Source: an uncultured beta proteobacterium
Lineage (GTDB): Bacteria > Pseudomonadota > Gammaproteobacteria > Burkholderiales > JACQAP01
Length of the DNA stretch: 64,000 nucleotides
Assembly (NCBI GenBank): GCA_963789945.1
Contig: CAWBMN010000007.1
Span: 27,178 to 91,177, forward strand
Reading direction: 5' to 3'
The position numbers and the translations under genes are program-made. The notes beneath the pieces are model-generated. The model saw only the letters and a program-made list of their open reading frames with translations, was not told the DNA's origin and searched no databases. Shown here piece by piece: positions 47,986 through 58,765 of the stretch (position 1 is its first letter; each line of letters begins with the position of its first letter).

Positions 47986-50370
47986 ATGGCGCACCTCGAA
48001 GTAGACGGCCGGCCGGTCGAAGTACCGGACAACAGCACCATAATGGACGCCGCCAACAAGCTCGGCATCTACGTTCCGCATTTCTGCTATCACAGGAAGC
48101 TGTCGATCGCCGCCAACTGCCGCATGTGCCTGGTGCAGGTGGAAAAGGCGCCGAAACCGTTGCCCGCCTGCGCCACCCCGGCCACCGAGGGAATGAAGGT
48201 CCAGACCCACTCGGAGGCCGCGATCAAGGCGCAGAAGGGCGTGATGGAATTCCTGCTCATCAACCATCCGCTCGACTGCCCGATCTGCGACCAGGGCGGC
48301 GAGTGCCAGTTGCAGGACCTCGCGGTCGGCTACGGCTCATCGAGTTCCCGCTACACGGAACCGAAGCGGGTGGTCACGAACAAGAATCTCGGGCCGCTGG
48401 TCTGCGCCGACGAGATGACCCGCTGCATTCACTGCACCCGCTGTGTGCGTTTCGGTCAGGAGATCGCCGGCATCATGGAACTCGGCCTGGTCGGCCGCGG
48501 CGAGCACGCCGAGATCATGCCGTTCGTGGCGCGCACCGTGGATTCGGAACTGTCGGGGAACATGATCGACGTTTGCCCGGTGGGCGCGCTCACCTCCAAA
48601 CCATTCCGCTACAAGGCGCGCACCTGGGAGCTGGCGCGGCGCAAGGCCATCAGCCCGCACGACGGACTCGGTTCCAATCTGGTGGTCCAGGTGAAGGACA
48701 ACCGCGTCATGCGCGTCCTGCCGCTCGAGAACGAAGCCGTCAACGAGTGCTGGATCTCCGACCGCGACCGGTTTTCCTACGAGGCCCTCAACTCGCAAGA
48801 GAGGCTGACCACGCCGATGATCAAGCGCGACGGCAACTGGGAGGAGGCAGACTGGACCACCGCGCTCGAGTTCGTCGCTGCGGGGCTCAGGCGCATCCGC
48901 GATGCGCATGGCGGCAACGCGGTCGGCGCGCTCGGGTCGCCACAGGCGACCGTGGAAGAGCTGTTTCTGCTCGGCAAGCTTGCGCGCGGCATCGGTAGCG
49001 GCAACGTCGATTTCCGCCTGCGGCAATCGGACTTTTCCGGGGACGGGAGCCTGTGCGGGGCGCCCTCGCTGGGAATGAAGGTCGCCGCGATCAATGGTCT
49101 GGACCGGGTGTTGGTGGTGGGCTCGACCTTGCGCAAGGAGCACCCGCTGCTGGCGCAGCGATTCCGGCAGGCGGTAAAAAAAGGGGCGCAGTTCAACCTG
49201 ATCAATCCGGTGGACGACGATCTGCTGATGCGCGTGGACAACAGGACGATCGTCGCCCCGAGCGCGATGGCCGAGGCGCTCGGCCAGGTGCTGAAAGCTG
49301 CCGCCGAGGAGAAGTCAATGGCCGTGCCGGCGGGCGTGGCTGGTCTCGCGGTGCGCGATTCCGCCCGCGCCATCGCGCAAAGTCTGGTTTCGGGCGCGAA
49401 TCGCGCGATATTTCTCGGTAACATTGCGCAGCATCATCCGCAGGCCAGCCAGTTGCATCGCCTGGCGCAGGAACTGTCGAAAATCGCAGGCGCGAACTTC
49501 GGTTTTCTCGGCGAGGCGGCAAACAGCGTCGGCGGTTACCTCGCGGGCGCGCTGCCGTTCGGGCGCGAGCCCCCGGGCCTCAACGCCGCGCAGATGCTTA
49601 TCCAGCCGCGCCGGGCTTACCTGCTGCTGAATGCGGAAGTCGAACTGGATACCTTCGACCCGCGTACCGCGCGCGCAGCAATGCACGCCGCCGAACTGGT
49701 GGTGGTCATGTCCCCGTACATGCAACGCGCCGCCGATTACGCGCAGGTGTTGCTTCCGGTGTCGCCGTTCACCGAGACCGCCGGGACCTACGTCAACACC
49801 GAGGGCATGGTGCAGAGCTTTCAGGGTGCGGTGCGGCCGCTGGGCGAAACGCGCCCGGCGTGGAAAGTTTTACGTGTGCTCGGTACGCTTCTCGACCTTC
49901 CGGGTTTCGATTTCGACAACATCGAGCAGGTGCGCGGCGAGTGGAAAAATTCAGTGGGCGAGGTTGCGTCCAGGCTGTCGAACGAAATTGGCGGTGTACC
50001 CGCGGTGATCGCTCCGGCGCGGCCGGAGGGCGTTGAGGGGGCCGCATTCGAGAGAATCGGCGAAGTGCCGATCTACCATGCGGACGCGATCGTGCGGCGC
50101 GCGGAATCTCTGCAGCAAACCCGGGACGCGCAAGTTGGGACGGCCTGGCTGCCGGGAAGCCTGATTGAAAAACTTGGTTTACGCCAGGGCGACCGCCTCA
50201 GGATCTTGCAGGAGGGCGGTGAAGCCATGTTGCCCTTCGATCGCGATGATCGCCTGCCCGCGGAGTGCGTGCGCCTGCCCTCGGGCTGCCGCGAGACGGC
50301 AGGTCTGGGCGCAATGTTCGGCCTGGTGAAACTGGAACGTGTGGCCGCACAACAGAAGGTGACGGCATGA
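47986..50370 (+). CDS. nuoG: NADH-quinone oxidoreductase subunit G
   Basis: 794 aa with an N-terminal 2Fe-2S ([15 protein letters not shown]), 4Fe-4S motifs ([20 protein letters not shown]) and a molybdopterin-like domain. Confidence 0.96.
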   Translation: MAHLEVDGRPVEVPDNSTIMDAANKLGIYVPHFCYHRKLSIAANCRMCLVQVEKAPKPLPACATPATEGMKVQTHSEAAIKAQKGVMEFLLINHPLDCPICDQGGECQLQDLAVGYGSSSSRYTEPKRVVTNKNLGPLVCADEMTRCIHCTRCVRFGQEIAGIMELGLVGRGEHAEIMPFVARTVDSELSGNMIDVCPVGALTSKPFRYKARTWELARRKAISPHDGLGSNLVVQVKDNRVMRVLPLENEAVNECWISDRDRFSYEALNSQERLTTPMIKRDGNWEEADWTTALEFVAAGLRRIRDAHGGNAVGALGSPQATVEELFLLGKLARGIGSGNVDFRLRQSDFSGDGSLCGAPSLGMKVAAINGLDRVLVVGSTLRKEHPLLAQRFRQAVKKGAQFNLINPVDDDLLMRVDNRTIVAPSAMAEALGQVLKAAAEEKSMAVPAGVAGLAVRDSARAIAQSLVSGANRAIFLGNIAQHHPQASQLHRLAQELSKIAGANFGFLGEAANSVGGYLAGALPFGREPPGLNAAQMLIQPRRAYLLLNAEVELDTFDPRTARAAMHAAELVVVMSPYMQRAADYAQVLLPVSPFTETAGTYVNTEGMVQSFQGAVRPLGETRPAWKVLRVLGTLLDLPGFDFDNIEQVRGEWKNSVGEVASRLSNEIGGVPAVIAPARPEGVEGAAFERIGEVPIYHADAIVRRAESLQQTRDAQVGTAWLPGSLIEKLGLRQGDRLRILQEGGEAMLPFDRDDRLPAECVRLPSGCRETAGLGAMFGLVKLERVAAQQKVTA

Positions 50371-51425
50371 GTTTGGTATTCCTCGAGGATCTCATCGGAC
50401 CGGGCGGGGTTATTGCGCTCTGGACGCTGGCGAAGATTCTCGCCATCGTCATCCCGGTCATCCTGAGCGTCGCCTACCTCACGCTGGCGGAGCGCAAGGT
50501 CATCGGCTACATGCAGATCCGCATCGGCCCGAATCGCGTCGGCTACAAGGGCCTGCTGCAGCCGTTCGCTGATGTGCTCAAGCTGCTGGTCAAGGAAGTC
50601 ATCGTGCCCTCCGGCGCGAACAAGTTCCTGTTCATTCTGGCCCCCGTGCTCGCCATCATGCCGGCACTGGCGGCCTGGGCAGTGGTGCCGTTTTCACCGG
50701 AGCTGGTGCTGGCGGACGTCAACGCGGGGCTGCTGTACGTGATGGCGATTACCTCGATGGGCGTGTACGGCGTGATCATCGCCGGCTGGGCGTCGAATTC
50801 CAAGTACGCCTTCCTCGGCGCCATGCGCTCCGCGGCGCAGATCGTCTCCTACGAGATCGCGATGGGATTTGCCCTGGTGAGCGTGCTGATGATGTCGGGC
50901 AGCTTGAATCTGTCCACCATCGTCAACGAACAGAACTCCGGGTGGGGGCTGCTGGGATGGAACCTGATTCCGCTGTTGCCGATGTTCATGGTGTATTTCA
51001 TTTCCGGCGTGGCGGAGACCAACCGCGCGCCTTTCGACGTCGCTGAAGGCGAATCGGAAATAGTGGCCGGTTTCCACGTCGAATACTCGGGCACAGCCTT
51101 CGCCGTGTTCTTCCTGGCTGAATACGCGAACATGATCCTGGTCTCCGCGCTGGCCTCGGTCATGTTCCTCGGCGGCTGGCTGTCCCCGGTACCAAGCCTG
51201 TTTGCGGACTTGGTAAGAGCTCCCTGGCTTGCTGCGGATGGCTTTCCCTGGCTGGCGCTCAAAGTGGCCTTCCTGCTGTTCTGTTTCCTGTGGTTCCGCG
51301 CCACCTTTCCGCGCTACCGCTACGACCAGATCATGCGGCTGGGCTGGAAGGTTTTCATCCCGTTGACGATAGTCTGGCTGGTCCTGGTCGGCGGACTGAT
51401 GCAGACACAGTTCTGGCCATGGTAG
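50367..51425 (+). CDS. nuoH: NADH-quinone oxidoreductase subunit H
   Basis: Start at ATG 50367 (ATGA overlap with nuoG), 352 aa. [20 protein letters not shown] and [14 protein letters not shown]. Confidence 0.95.
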   Translation: MSLVFLEDLIGPGGVIALWTLAKILAIVIPVILSVAYLTLAERKVIGYMQIRIGPNRVGYKGLLQPFADVLKLLVKEVIVPSGANKFLFILAPVLAIMPALAAWAVVPFSPELVLADVNAGLLYVMAITSMGVYGVIIAGWASNSKYAFLGAMRSAAQIVSYEIAMGFALVSVLMMSGSLNLSTIVNEQNSGWGLLGWNLIPLLPMFMVYFISGVAETNRAPFDVAEGESEIVAGFHVEYSGTAFAVFFLAEYANMILVSALASVMFLGGWLSPVPSLFADLVRAPWLAADGFPWLALKVAFLLFCFLWFRATFPRYRYDQIMRLGWKVFIPLTIVWLVLVGGLMQTQFWPW

Positions 51426-51435
51426 GGACGGAAGA

Positions 51436-51927
51436 ATGATCGAGCGCATTCGCGACTTTTTCCGCACCTTTCTGCTCTTCGAGCTTGTGAAGGGCCTGAT
51501 GCTCACCGGCCGCTACTTCTTCGCGCGCAAGATCACGGTGCAGTTTCCGGAGGAAAAGACGCCCCAGTCGGGGCGCTTCCGCGGCCTGCATGCGCTGCGC
51601 CGCTATCCCAACGGCGAGGAACGCTGCATTGCCTGCAAGCTGTGTGAAGCGGTATGCCCGGCGCTGGCAATCACCATCGAATCCGAGCAGCGTGCCGACG
51701 GTACCCGCCGCACCACGCGCTACGACATCGACCTCACCAAGTGCATTTTCTGCGGATTCTGCGAGGAGTCCTGTCCGGTGGACTCGATCGTCGAGACCCG
51801 CATCCTCGAATACCACGGGGAAAAGCGCGGAGACCTGCTGTACACCAAGGAGATGCTGCTGGCGATCGGCGACCGCTACGAAGACCAGATCGCCAGGGAC
51901 CGCGCCGAGGATGCAGCGTACCGATGA
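51436..51927 (+). CDS. nuoI: NADH-quinone oxidoreductase subunit I
   Basis: 163 aa with two 4Fe-4S motifs, [12 protein letters not shown] and [12 protein letters not shown]. Confidence 0.95.
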   Translation: MIERIRDFFRTFLLFELVKGLMLTGRYFFARKITVQFPEEKTPQSGRFRGLHALRRYPNGEERCIACKLCEAVCPALAITIESEQRADGTRRTTRYDIDLTKCIFCGFCEESCPVDSIVETRILEYHGEKRGDLLYTKEMLLAIGDRYEDQIARDRAEDAAYR

Positions 51928-51935
51928 GGCGAGAA

Positions 51936-51987
51936 GCGTGAGGGGTGAGGAGTGAGGGGAAGACCCCTTACTCCTCAATCCTTACCA
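51936..51987. repeat. IR9: tight GTGAGGR-type hairpin between nuoI and nuoJ
   Basis: GAGGAGTGAGGGG (51947-51959) - AAGA - CCCCTTACTCCTC (51964-51976) gives 13 bp: 12 Watson-Crick plus 1 G:T. Flanked by further units (GCGTGAGGGGT... / ...AATCCTTACC). Confidence 0.8.
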
Positions 51988-51995
51988 ACAAGAAC

Positions 51996-52766
51996 ATGGA
52001 TTTCAAGACCGGCGTCTTTTATTTCTTCGCGGCCATGCTGGTGTTCGCCGCGCTGCGCGTCATTACCGCGCGCAATCCGGTGCATTCTGCCCTTTTCCTG
52101 GTGCTGGCGTTCTTTACCGCCGCGGCGCTGTGGGTGCTGCTCGAGGCCGAGTTTCTCGCCATCGCGCTGGTGCTGGTCTACGTCGGTGCGGTGATGGTGC
52201 TGTTCCTGTTCGTGGTGATGATGCTCGACATCAACCTCGACCGATTGCGCGAGGGCTACTGGGACTACCTGGTGCCGGCGCTGATCGTGGCGGGCGTGAT
52301 GGTGGCGGAAATGGCGATCATCCTCGGCGCCCGCTACTTTGACCTCGAGGGCATGCCGGCGCCCGAGCCCAGGGGCGGGGACTACAGCAACACACGCGAG
52401 CTCGGCCTCCTGATCTATACCGACTACGTCTATCCGTTCGAGATCGCCGCGGTGATCCTGCTGGTGGCGATCGTCGCCGCCATCGCCCTGACGCTGCGCC
52501 ATCGCAAGGACACCAAGTACATCGACGCTGCGAAGCAGATCAACATCCACCGCAAGGACCGCGTGCGGTTGGTGTCGATGCCGTCGGAAAGCAAGGATGA
52601 AGGCAGGATGAAGGATGAAGGCGGAAGAAAAATTCAAACGTGGGGAAGCGCGGTAGTGCACGCGGAAAGCCAGGCATCGGATTGTTCCGGCCTCTGTGGT
52701 TCGGCGTTTCACTTCATCCTTCATCCTTCATCCTTCATCCTTTCGACGCCCGGAGGGCGGCGATGA
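51996..52766 (+). CDS. nuoJ: NADH-quinone oxidoreductase subunit J, carrying an about 57-codon C-terminal extension that reads through repeat IR10
   Basis: Start at ATG 51996 ([15 protein letters not shown]...). Conserved core to about ...[11 protein letters not shown]. The frame then stays open through IR10 to TGA 52764-52766, which overlaps the nuoK ATG (ATGA). Confidence 0.85.
   Translation: MDFKTGVFYFFAAMLVFAALRVITARNPVHSALFLVLAFFTAAALWVLLEAEFLAIALVLVYVGAVMVLFLFVVMMLDINLDRLREGYWDYLVPALIVAGVMVAEMAIILGARYFDLEGMPAPEPRGGDYSNTRELGLLIYTDYVYPFEIAAVILLVAIVAAIALTLRHRKDTKYIDAAKQINIHRKDRVRLVSMPSESKDEGRMKDEGGRKIQTWGSAVVHAESQASDCSGLCGSAFHFILHPSSFILSTPGGRR
52593..52742. repeat. IR10: GGATGAA-type inverted repeat inside the 3' end of the nuoJ ORF
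   Basis: Left arm AAGGATGAAGGCAGGATGAAGGATGAAGGCGG. Right arm CACTTCATCCTTCATCCTTCATCCTTCATCCTT. The 85-nt spacer contains a solo CTCTGTGGTT (52692-52701) of the IR4/IR5 family. Confidence 0.8.
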
Positions 52767-53068
52767 TCTCCCTCTCCCACTACCTCATTCTTGGCGCCGT
52801 GCTGTTCGCGATCAGCGTGGTGGGCATCTTTTTGAACCGCAAGAACGTGATCATCCTGCTGATGGCGATCGAGCTGATGCTGCTGGCGGTGAACATGAAT
52901 TTCGTCGCCTTTTCGCATTTCCTGCAGGACAGCGCCGGTCAGGTATTCGTGTTTTTCATCCTCACCGTGGCGGCGGCCGAGTCGGCAATCGGTCTGGCGA
53001 TCCTGGTGGTGCTGTTCCGCAATGTTCGCACCATCAACGTCGACGATCTGGACAAGTTGAAAGGATGA
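52763..53068 (+). CDS. nuoK: NADH-quinone oxidoreductase subunit K
   Basis: Start at ATG 52763 with GGAGGG 6 nt upstream. 101 aa, 3 [14 protein letters not shown]...[14 protein letters not shown]. Confidence 0.93.
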   Translation: MISLSHYLILGAVLFAISVVGIFLNRKNVIILLMAIELMLLAVNMNFVAFSHFLQDSAGQVFVFFILTVAAAESAIGLAILVVLFRNVRTINVDDLDKLKG

Positions 53069-53071
53069 AAA

Positions 53072-53155
53072 GCGTGAGGAGAGAGGAGTTAGCGGTGAGG
53101 AAAGCAAAACCTGGGGTGAGTTTGCCCCTCACCCCTCACTCCTTACCCCTTACGC
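53072..53155. repeat. IR11: GTGAGGA/GGGGTGA-type inverted repeat between nuoK and nuoL
   Basis: GCGTGAGGAGAGAGGAGTTAGCGGTGAGG ... GGGGTGAG-tttgccc-CTCACCCC TCACTCCTTACCCCTTACGC. The inner 8-bp stem is perfect; the outer arms are imperfect. Confidence 0.65.
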
Positions 53156-53165
53156 ACTTGGATCC

Positions 53166-55127
53166 ATGAAAAGCCTCTACCTCATCGTCCCTCTCGCCCC
53201 GCTTGCCGGCGCGCTGATTGCCGGCCTGCTGGGCTGGCTGATCGGCCGTCGTGCCACGCACTGGGTGGCGATCACCGGCATGACGGTGTCAACCATCGCA
53301 GCCTTTCTGGTGTTTCGCGACGTGCTCGCCGGCAACACGTTCGACGAACCGATCTATACCTGGATCACCACCGGTGACATTTCGCTGGAAATCGGATTCC
53401 TGATCGACCGATTGTCGGCCACCATGATGCTGGTCGTAACTTTCGTCTCGCTGATGGTGCACATCTACACCATTGGCTACATGGCGGACGATCCCGGCTA
53501 CCAGCGCTTCTTTTCCTACATTTCCCTCTTCACCTTCTCGATGCTTATGCTGGTGATGAGCAACAATTTCCTGCAGCTGTTCTTCGGCTGGGAAGCGGTG
53601 GGCCTGGTTTCCTATCTGCTGATCGGCTTCTGGTACGCGCGCCCGAGCGCGATCTATGCCAGCCTCAAGGCCTTCCTGGTCAATCGCGTCGGAGATTTGG
53701 GTTTTCTGCTTGGGATCGCACTGATTTTCGTGTTCTGCGGTTCGCTGGAATACGCGCAGGTTTTCTCCCGCGCGCCGGAGCTGACCGGCGAGACGGTGGA
53801 AATGGCCTACGTCGGCTGGCCGCTGCTTACCACCATCTGCATCCTGCTGTTCATCGGCGCGATGGGAAAATCGGCGCAGTTTCCGCTGCACGTCTGGCTG
53901 CCGGACTCGATGGAGGGCCCGACGCCGATCTCGGCACTGATTCATGCCGCCACCATGGTAACCGCGGGCATTTTCATGGTGGCGCGCATGTCGCCGCTGT
54001 TCGAGTTGTCGGAAACGGCGCTGTCGTTCGTGATGGTGATCGGCGCAATCACCGCATTGTTCATGGCGCTGGTGGCAGTGGTGCAGAACGATATCAAGCG
54101 GGTGGTGGCCTATTCGACGCTGTCGCAACTCGGTTACATGACCGTGGCGCTCGGCGCCTCGGCCTACGCCGGGGCCATATTTCACCTGGTCACCCACGCC
54201 TTTTTCAAGGCGCTGTTGTTCCTCGGCGCCGGCTCGGTGATCATCGCCCTGCACCACGAGCAGGACATGCGCAGGATGGGCGGTTTGAGGAAGTACATGC
54301 CGATCACCTACGCCACCATGCTCATCGGTGCTGTGGCAAGCGCGGGCATTCCCGGTTTCTCCGGTTTCTTTTCCAAGGACGCGATCATCGAGGCCGTGCA
54401 TCTGTCGCAATTGCCGGGCAGCGGTTTTGCCCACTTCTGTGTGCTGTCATGCGTGTTCGTCACAGCGTTCTATACCTTCCGGCTGTTTTTCATGACTTTC
54501 CACGGCAAGGAGCGTTTCGAAGTTCACGCTGGCGATCACGGACACGCGCAGGGCCACGTACCCCACGAGTCCCCCTGGGTGGTCACCGTGCCGCTGGTGG
54601 TCCTGGCGGTGCCGACGATCTGTGCCGGGTGGGTGATCGGGACGGTGCTGTTCGGCGGCTTCTTCGGCGATGCCATCGTGGTTGCCAGATCACACGACGT
54701 GCTCGCGCAGCTGGGCGGGGATTTTCACGGCGTGATGGCGATGATGGCGCACGCGCTGGCCACCTGGCCGTTGTGGCTTGCGGTTGCCGGCATTGCCGGC
54801 GCGGCCTGGTTGTATCTCAGGCCCACCGACCTGCCGGACAAGTTTCGGCAGTGGTTCTCGCCGCTCTATACGCTTCTCGAGCAGAAGTACTATTTCGACC
54901 GTTTCAACGACTGGTTCTTTGCAGGCGGTGCGCGCCTGGTCGGGCGCGGGTTGTGGAAAGGCGGCGATGTCGCTGTGATCGACGGCTTCGTCAACGGTGC
55001 CGCAACGCTGGTCGGCTGGCTGGCGACTGTCGTGCGCAAACTCCAATCCGGATATGTCTATACCTACGCCTTCGCCATGATCATTGGCATGGTGACCCTG
55101 CTTACGCTCTGGTTTGCCCGAAGCTGA
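53166..55127 (+). CDS. nuoL: NADH-quinone oxidoreductase subunit L
   Basis: 653 aa polytopic antiporter-like subunit. WEAVGLVSYLLIGFW...GKSAQFPLHVWLPDSMEGPTP. Confidence 0.96.
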   Translation: MKSLYLIVPLAPLAGALIAGLLGWLIGRRATHWVAITGMTVSTIAAFLVFRDVLAGNTFDEPIYTWITTGDISLEIGFLIDRLSATMMLVVTFVSLMVHIYTIGYMADDPGYQRFFSYISLFTFSMLMLVMSNNFLQLFFGWEAVGLVSYLLIGFWYARPSAIYASLKAFLVNRVGDLGFLLGIALIFVFCGSLEYAQVFSRAPELTGETVEMAYVGWPLLTTICILLFIGAMGKSAQFPLHVWLPDSMEGPTPISALIHAATMVTAGIFMVARMSPLFELSETALSFVMVIGAITALFMALVAVVQNDIKRVVAYSTLSQLGYMTVALGASAYAGAIFHLVTHAFFKALLFLGAGSVIIALHHEQDMRRMGGLRKYMPITYATMLIGAVASAGIPGFSGFFSKDAIIEAVHLSQLPGSGFAHFCVLSCVFVTAFYTFRLFFMTFHGKERFEVHAGDHGHAQGHVPHESPWVVTVPLVVLAVPTICAGWVIGTVLFGGFFGDAIVVARSHDVLAQLGGDFHGVMAMMAHALATWPLWLAVAGIAGAAWLYLRPTDLPDKFRQWFSPLYTLLEQKYYFDRFNDWFFAGGARLVGRGLWKGGDVAVIDGFVNGAATLVGWLATVVRKLQSGYVYTYAFAMIIGMVTLLTLWFARS

Positions 55128-55142
55128 GGACGGGAAGACATC

Positions 55143-56624
55143 ATGTTCGGACTGCCCTACCTGAGCACCGTCATTTGGCTGCCGATCCTTGCCGGCATAG
55201 CGGTGCTTTTCACCGGCTCGGACCGCCATGCCAACGCCGCCCGCTGGCTGGCGCTCGCCGGCGCCGTTGGCGGCCTCGTGGTTGCGCTGCCGCTCTACTC
55301 CGGATTCGACCCCGGCACACCGGGGATGCAGTTCGTGGAGTTGATGCCCTGGATCGAGTCCTACAGTGTCAACTATCACCTCGGTATCGACGGTGTTTCG
55401 CTCCTGATGATCCTGCTCAACTGTTTCACCACCGTGCTGGTGGTGCTGGCGGGATGGCAGGTGGTGCAGAGCCGGGTGGCCCAGTACATGGCAGCCTTCC
55501 TGATCCTTTCCGGGATCATGAACGGTGTGTTCTGCGCGCAGGATGCCGCGCTGTTCTATGTCTTTTTCGAGGCGACGCTGATCCCGATGTTCATCGTCAT
55601 CGGCGTATGGGGAGGGCCGAACCGGGTTTATGCAGCGCTCAAGTTTTTCCTCTACACACTGGTCGGATCGCTGCTGACCCTGATTGCATTCATCTATCTG
55701 TACGTTGCCTCCGAGGGCAGTTTCGCACTGGCCGACTACTACCGCCTGCCGATTCCTCTGGGCACCCAGATCCTGTTGTTCATTGCCTTCTTTGCCGCGT
55801 TTGCGGTCAAGGTGCCGATGTTCCCGGTACATACGTGGTTGCCCGATGCGCATGTCGAGGCACCCACCGGCGGTTCCGTGGTGCTGGCAGCCGTGATGCT
55901 GAAGCTTGGTGCCTACGGTTTCATCCGGCTGTCGCTGCCGATTCTGCCGGATGCCAGCCACGTGGCTGCCCCGGTCGTCATCGGCTTGTCGCTGATCGCG
56001 GTGGTGTATATCGGAGTAGTGGCACTGGTGCAGACCGACATGAAGAAGCTGATCGCCTATTCCTCGATTTCGCACATGGGATTCGTGACGCTGGGCATTT
56101 TCCTGTTCAACGACCACGGCATGGAAGGGGCGGTAATCCAGATGGTCTCGCACGGCTTCGTTTCCGGCGCGCTTTTCCTGTGCGTCGGCGTCCTGTACGA
56201 CCGCATGCACTCGCGTTTGATCGCCGACTACGGCGGGGTGGTGAACCGGATGCCGGTATTTGCCGCCTTCTTCGTTCTGTTCGCGATGGCCAATTCCGGT
56301 TTGCCGGGCACCAGCGGATTTGTCGGCGAGTTCCTGGTGATTCTGGGGACGATGGAGGAGAACTTCTGGTACGCAGTCGCAGCGGCGAGCACGCTGCTGT
56401 TCGGCGCCGCCTATACACTGTGGATGATCAAGCGCGTCGTTTTCGGCCCGGTGGCCAACGGCAAGGTTGCAGCTTTGACAGACATCACGCTGCGCGAGCG
56501 CTTGGTGCTCGGCCTGGTCGCGATCGCGGTGCTGGCGATGGGGCTATATCCCCAGCCGTTCGCCGCGGTGCTGCATACCTCGGTCAACGAACTCCTGACG
56601 CTGGCAAACCAGAGCAAATTATGA
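55143..56624 (+). CDS. nuoM: NADH-quinone oxidoreductase subunit M
   Basis: 493 aa antiporter-like subunit. FAVKVPMFPVHTWLPDAHVEAPT. Confidence 0.96.
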   Translation: MFGLPYLSTVIWLPILAGIAVLFTGSDRHANAARWLALAGAVGGLVVALPLYSGFDPGTPGMQFVELMPWIESYSVNYHLGIDGVSLLMILLNCFTTVLVVLAGWQVVQSRVAQYMAAFLILSGIMNGVFCAQDAALFYVFFEATLIPMFIVIGVWGGPNRVYAALKFFLYTLVGSLLTLIAFIYLYVASEGSFALADYYRLPIPLGTQILLFIAFFAAFAVKVPMFPVHTWLPDAHVEAPTGGSVVLAAVMLKLGAYGFIRLSLPILPDASHVAAPVVIGLSLIAVVYIGVVALVQTDMKKLIAYSSISHMGFVTLGIFLFNDHGMEGAVIQMVSHGFVSGALFLCVGVLYDRMHSRLIADYGGVVNRMPVFAAFFVLFAMANSGLPGTSGFVGEFLVILGTMEENFWYAVAAASTLLFGAAYTLWMIKRVVFGPVANGKVAALTDITLRERLVLGLVAIAVLAMGLYPQPFAAVLHTSVNELLTLANQSKL

Positions 56625-56629
56625 AAACA

Positions 56630-56740
56630 GGGCCGAGGGACGAGGATCGAGGGACGAGGGAAATGCAAAATCGCGCCGTTGCGCTTAGTGCTTGTCCCTC
56701 GATCCTCGTCCCTCGGCCCTCACCCCTCGCCCCACGTCCC
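56630..56740. repeat. IR12: GAGGGAC-type inverted repeat with 26-bp perfect arms between nuoM and nuoN
   Basis: GGGCCGAGGGACGAGGATCGAGGGAC (56630-56655) is the exact reverse complement of 56694-56719. The 38-nt spacer is followed by more C-rich units (CTCACCCCTCGCCCCACGTCCC). Confidence 0.9.
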
Positions 56741-56747
56741 TGAATTT

Positions 56748-58205
56748 ATGGAATACGAGATTCCCGATTTCCTGCTGGCCGCCCCCGAGATCGTCCTGCT
56801 GACAATGGTCTGCGTCATTCTGATCGTGGACCTGTTTCTGTCCGATGCCCGCCGGGTCTGGACCTATGCGCTGAGCCAGTTGTCGCTGATCGGTACCGCG
56901 GTGCTGGTGTTCGTCATGGGCGGGGAGGACGTCGCCTACACGTTCAACGGCATGTTCGTGGACGACCCGATGGCGAACGTGCTCAAGATCGCAGTCTGCC
57001 TGACCGTGGCCGTCATGCTGGCCTACTCGCGCGCCTACGTTGCCGCGCGCGACATGTATCGCGGGGAATTCTTTGTGCTTTCGCTGTTCGCCACGCTAGG
57101 CATGATGGTGATGATTTCGGCGAACCACTTCCTGGTGCTTTACCTGGGGCTGGAGCTGCTGTCGCTGTCCTTGTATGCCATGGTGGCGCTGCCGCGCGAC
57201 GCCGGCAACAGCACCGAGGCGGCGATGAAATACTTCGTGCTGGGCGCGCTGGCCTCGGGCATGCTGCTCTACGGCATGTCGATGATCTACGGCGCCACCG
57301 GTTCGCTGGAGGTCACCGAAGTGGCGCAGCGCATTTTCGACGGCGAGGCCATTCCGACCATCCTGATTTTCGGGCTGGTATTCGTGGTTGCCGGTATCGG
57401 CTTCAAGCTTGGCGCCGTGCCGTTCCACATGTGGGTGCCGGACGTCTATCACGGCGCGCCGACAGCGGTGACGCTGCTGATCGGAACCGCGCCCAAGCTG
57501 GCGGCATTCGCGTTCATCATGCGTCTGCTGGTCGAGGCGCTTGGCATGCAGCAATTGCTGGTCGAGTGGCAGCAGATGCTGGTGCTGCTGGCGGTGGCTT
57601 CGCTCGCCATCGGAAACATCACGGCAATAGCCCAGACCAACCTGAAGCGAATGCTGGCCTATTCGACCATTTCGCACATGGGTTTCCTGCTGCTCGGCAT
57701 CCTCAGCGGCACGGTCGAGGGATTCGGCGCGGCCATGTTCTACACCGTCATTTATGTGCTGATGGCCCTGGGCACTTTTGGCATGATCCTGCTGCTGTCG
57801 CGCCAGGGCTTCGAAGCGGAGAACCTGGATGACTTCAAGGGGCTTAACCAGCGCGACCCTTGGTACGCTTTCATCATGATGCTGCTGATGTTCTCAATGG
57901 CGGGCATCCCGCCCACCATGGGATTTTGGGCCAAGCTGTTCGTACTCCAGGCGGTACTGTCGGTGGGTTACTTGTGGCTCGCGGTGGTGGCTGTGCTGTT
58001 CTCGTTCATCGGCGCGTTTTACTATCTGCGTGTGGTCAAGCTGATGTACTTCGATACGCCGACCGACGCGGCGCCAATCGAGCCGCATGGCGACATCCGG
58101 GTTCTGATGTCCGTAAACGGCCTCGCGGTGCTGGTATTCGGGTTGGCGCCGGCCTCGCTCCTGGCCATATGCGAACGCGCGATACAGCTTTCCCTGTCCC
58201 AGTGA
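56748..58205 (+). CDS. nuoN: NADH-quinone oxidoreductase subunit N
   Basis: Start at ATG 56748 (MEYEIPDF...), 485 aa. [22 protein letters not shown]. The ORF-track start at 56679 would translate IR12. Confidence 0.93.
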   Translation: MEYEIPDFLLAAPEIVLLTMVCVILIVDLFLSDARRVWTYALSQLSLIGTAVLVFVMGGEDVAYTFNGMFVDDPMANVLKIAVCLTVAVMLAYSRAYVAARDMYRGEFFVLSLFATLGMMVMISANHFLVLYLGLELLSLSLYAMVALPRDAGNSTEAAMKYFVLGALASGMLLYGMSMIYGATGSLEVTEVAQRIFDGEAIPTILIFGLVFVVAGIGFKLGAVPFHMWVPDVYHGAPTAVTLLIGTAPKLAAFAFIMRLLVEALGMQQLLVEWQQMLVLLAVASLAIGNITAIAQTNLKRMLAYSTISHMGFLLLGILSGTVEGFGAAMFYTVIYVLMALGTFGMILLLSRQGFEAENLDDFKGLNQRDPWYAFIMMLLMFSMAGIPPTMGFWAKLFVLQAVLSVGYLWLAVVAVLFSFIGAFYYLRVVKLMYFDTPTDAAPIEPHGDIRVLMSVNGLAVLVFGLAPASLLAICERAIQLSLSQ

Positions 58206-58750
58206 GCACCGATTTCACCGAGAAGAAGGTTTCCTCGCAGCAGGTCTATCACGGCCGCTTGCTGCAGGTGAATGAGGACGAGGTCACGTTGCCGGACGGC
58301 AGCCACGCGCGGCGCGAATACGTCCTGCATCCCGGAGCCGCCTTGATCCTGCCGGTTTTCGACGACGGTTCGGTGCTGCTCGAGCGCCAGTTCCGCTATC
58401 CGGCCGGTGGCCATTTCTACGAACTGCCCGCTGGAAAGCTTGAGCCAGACGAGCCGCCGCTGGAAACCGCCAGGCGCGAGCTTCAGGAGGAGACGGGTTA
58501 TGTGGCGGCCGAGTGGCGCGAGCTCGGCCGCTTGCATCCCTGTGTCGGATATTCCAACGAGACCATCGACTTTTTCCTGGCACGCAAGCTTGAATTCAAG
58601 GGCGCGCAACTCGACGAAGGCGAGTTCCTGGAGACGTTGCGCTTGCCGCTTGCCGAGGGTCTGGACTGGATTCGGCGCGGGCGCATCAGCGACACTAAAA
58701 CCATTCTCGGCCTGTTTTGGGCCGAGAAGATCCTCAGGGAAACCTGGTAG
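58202..58750 (+). CDS. Nudix hydrolase (ADP-ribose pyrophosphatase-like)
   Basis: GTG start at 58202 overlaps the nuoN stop. 182 aa with Nudix box [23 protein letters not shown]. Confidence 0.8.
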   Translation: MSTDFTEKKVSSQQVYHGRLLQVNEDEVTLPDGSHARREYVLHPGAALILPVFDDGSVLLERQFRYPAGGHFYELPAGKLEPDEPPLETARRELQEETGYVAAEWRELGRLHPCVGYSNETIDFFLARKLEFKGAQLDEGEFLETLRLPLAEGLDWIRRGRISDTKTILGLFWAEKILRETW

Positions 58751-58765
58751 AAGTTCCCGGCCGGT

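Noticed and set aside
51936-56740. Whether the short tandem repeats (GGGGTGA, GGATGAA, GAGGGAC and others) could be CRISPR arrays or coding tandem repeats.
   Set aside because: The units are 7-8 nt and directly abutting, with no spacers and no cas genes. The arms are self-complementary and sit between genes. Small ORFs that translate them (for example 32191..32685, 52640.., 52696..53169) are artefacts.
54449-56743. 764-aa same-strand ORF overlapping nuoL and nuoM out of frame. The 5' part of ORF 17048..18856 likewise overlaps recN.
   Set aside because: These are out-of-frame reads through well-supported genes, with Arg/Pro/Gly-rich nonsense translations. Only the last 250 codons of 17048..18856 (the RDD protein, from ATG 18104) are credible.
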